Position numbers and translations under genes: made by a program
Notes under the pieces: model-generated
Database searches by the model: none
What the model was told of the DNA's origin: nothing
The model's input: the letters and a program-made list of their open reading frames with translations, nothing else
NCBI GenBank assembly: GCA_000004985.1
Contig: GG739081.1
DNA: 8,205 nt
Source of the DNA: Naegleria gruberi
Taxonomy: Eukaryota
Reading direction: 5' to 3' (one strand)
Shown here: one piece after another, positions 7,899 to 8,205 of the stretch
How positions within the stretch are numbered: position 1 is the first letter of the stretch
How the letters are laid out: every line of letters starts with the position of its first letter

Positions 7899-7969
7899 TC
7901 AGTTCACCCTTTGCATGGCTTCAGAACAATAACAAAGAAAGAGATAAAGGATATTACAATGTAATATAA

Positions 7970-8205
7970 TTAGGCCGAAAACAGACCTCTTTTATTCACC
8001 AGTGCATACGTATGTTTCTTCAATTGTTCATCTATAACTTTGTGAATTTGTTTACAACCCTCTATTGCATGTTCCAAAACCTTTTCAAATTGATCCAAAG
8101 ATAATTTCGAATCCATTTGTAATAAAGTGACCTTATCATGTTTTGGAAGAAGAGCAATTGGTACATCTGGACCACCAGCACAATCTTCAATATAATTAAA
8201 TCTGT
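7970..8205 (-). CDS. 3' end of a protein-coding gene (partial; continues beyond window end): …RFNYIEDCAGGPDVPIALLPKHDKVTLLQMDSKLSLDQFEKVLEHAIEGCKQIHKVIDEQLKKHTYALVNKRGLFSA*
   Basis: 78 codons with no stop end at TAA (7972-7970). The composition is coding-like at about 35% GC against a much more AT-rich background. It is not in the track because no start codon lies within the window. Confidence 0.6.
   Translation of the reverse strand, partial: RFNYIEDCAGGPDVPIALLPKHDKVTLLQMDSKLSLDQFEKVLEHAIEGCKQIHKVIDEQLKKHTYALVNKRGLFSA

Noticed and set aside
1-8205. Prokaryotic-style features (operons, RBS, CRISPR, defence islands).
   Set aside because: Spliceosomal introns, a eukaryotic 5S rRNA, pol III T-run termination and the codon and AT composition show this is nuclear eukaryotic DNA. 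There are no direct-repeat/spacer arrays anywhere in the visible sequence.

Overview
This is an AT-rich eukaryotic window (about 3.4 kb of real sequence), not a prokaryotic one. The codon usage and the 76–91 nt AT-rich GT..AG introns resemble dictyostelid-like amoebae or other very AT-rich protists or fungi. A 4,822-nt run of N (1213–6034) is an assembly gap, and the 1656-aa ORF the track draws across it is an artefact of N translating to X. The track also accepts TTG as a start, so several listed ORFs do not begin with a real Met.

Content from left to right:
1. 1–1130 (minus): the 5' part of an RCC1-repeat beta-propeller gene, with three exons and two introns, continuing past position 1. The track read through intron 2, which produced a spurious poly-Q ORF (530–712).
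2. 1131–1212: a comparatively GC-rich block next to the gap, with an open frame running into the gap.
3. 6090–6359 (minus): a small CDS, possibly the first exons of a gene whose remainder lies in the gap.
4. About 6612–7687 (plus): roughly 1 kb of clearly coding sequence that the track lists only in part. It is split into four overlapping open segments in frames 0/2/1/2, with each break falling in a homopolymer-containing overlap. This could be a frameshifted pseudogene, indel errors in a draft assembly, or unresolved introns.
5. 7751–7870 (minus): a complete 5S rRNA gene. It is absent from the ORF track and was found by reading the sequence. It has a T-run terminator and an upstream TATA-like box, and it sits between the convergent 3' ends of two protein-coding genes.
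6. 7970–8205 (minus): the 3' end of another protein-coding gene that runs off the window.

There is no CRISPR array and no recognisable mobile element or prokaryotic defence-like system in the visible sequence. The best candidate for something hidden is whatever caused the 4.8 kb gap.
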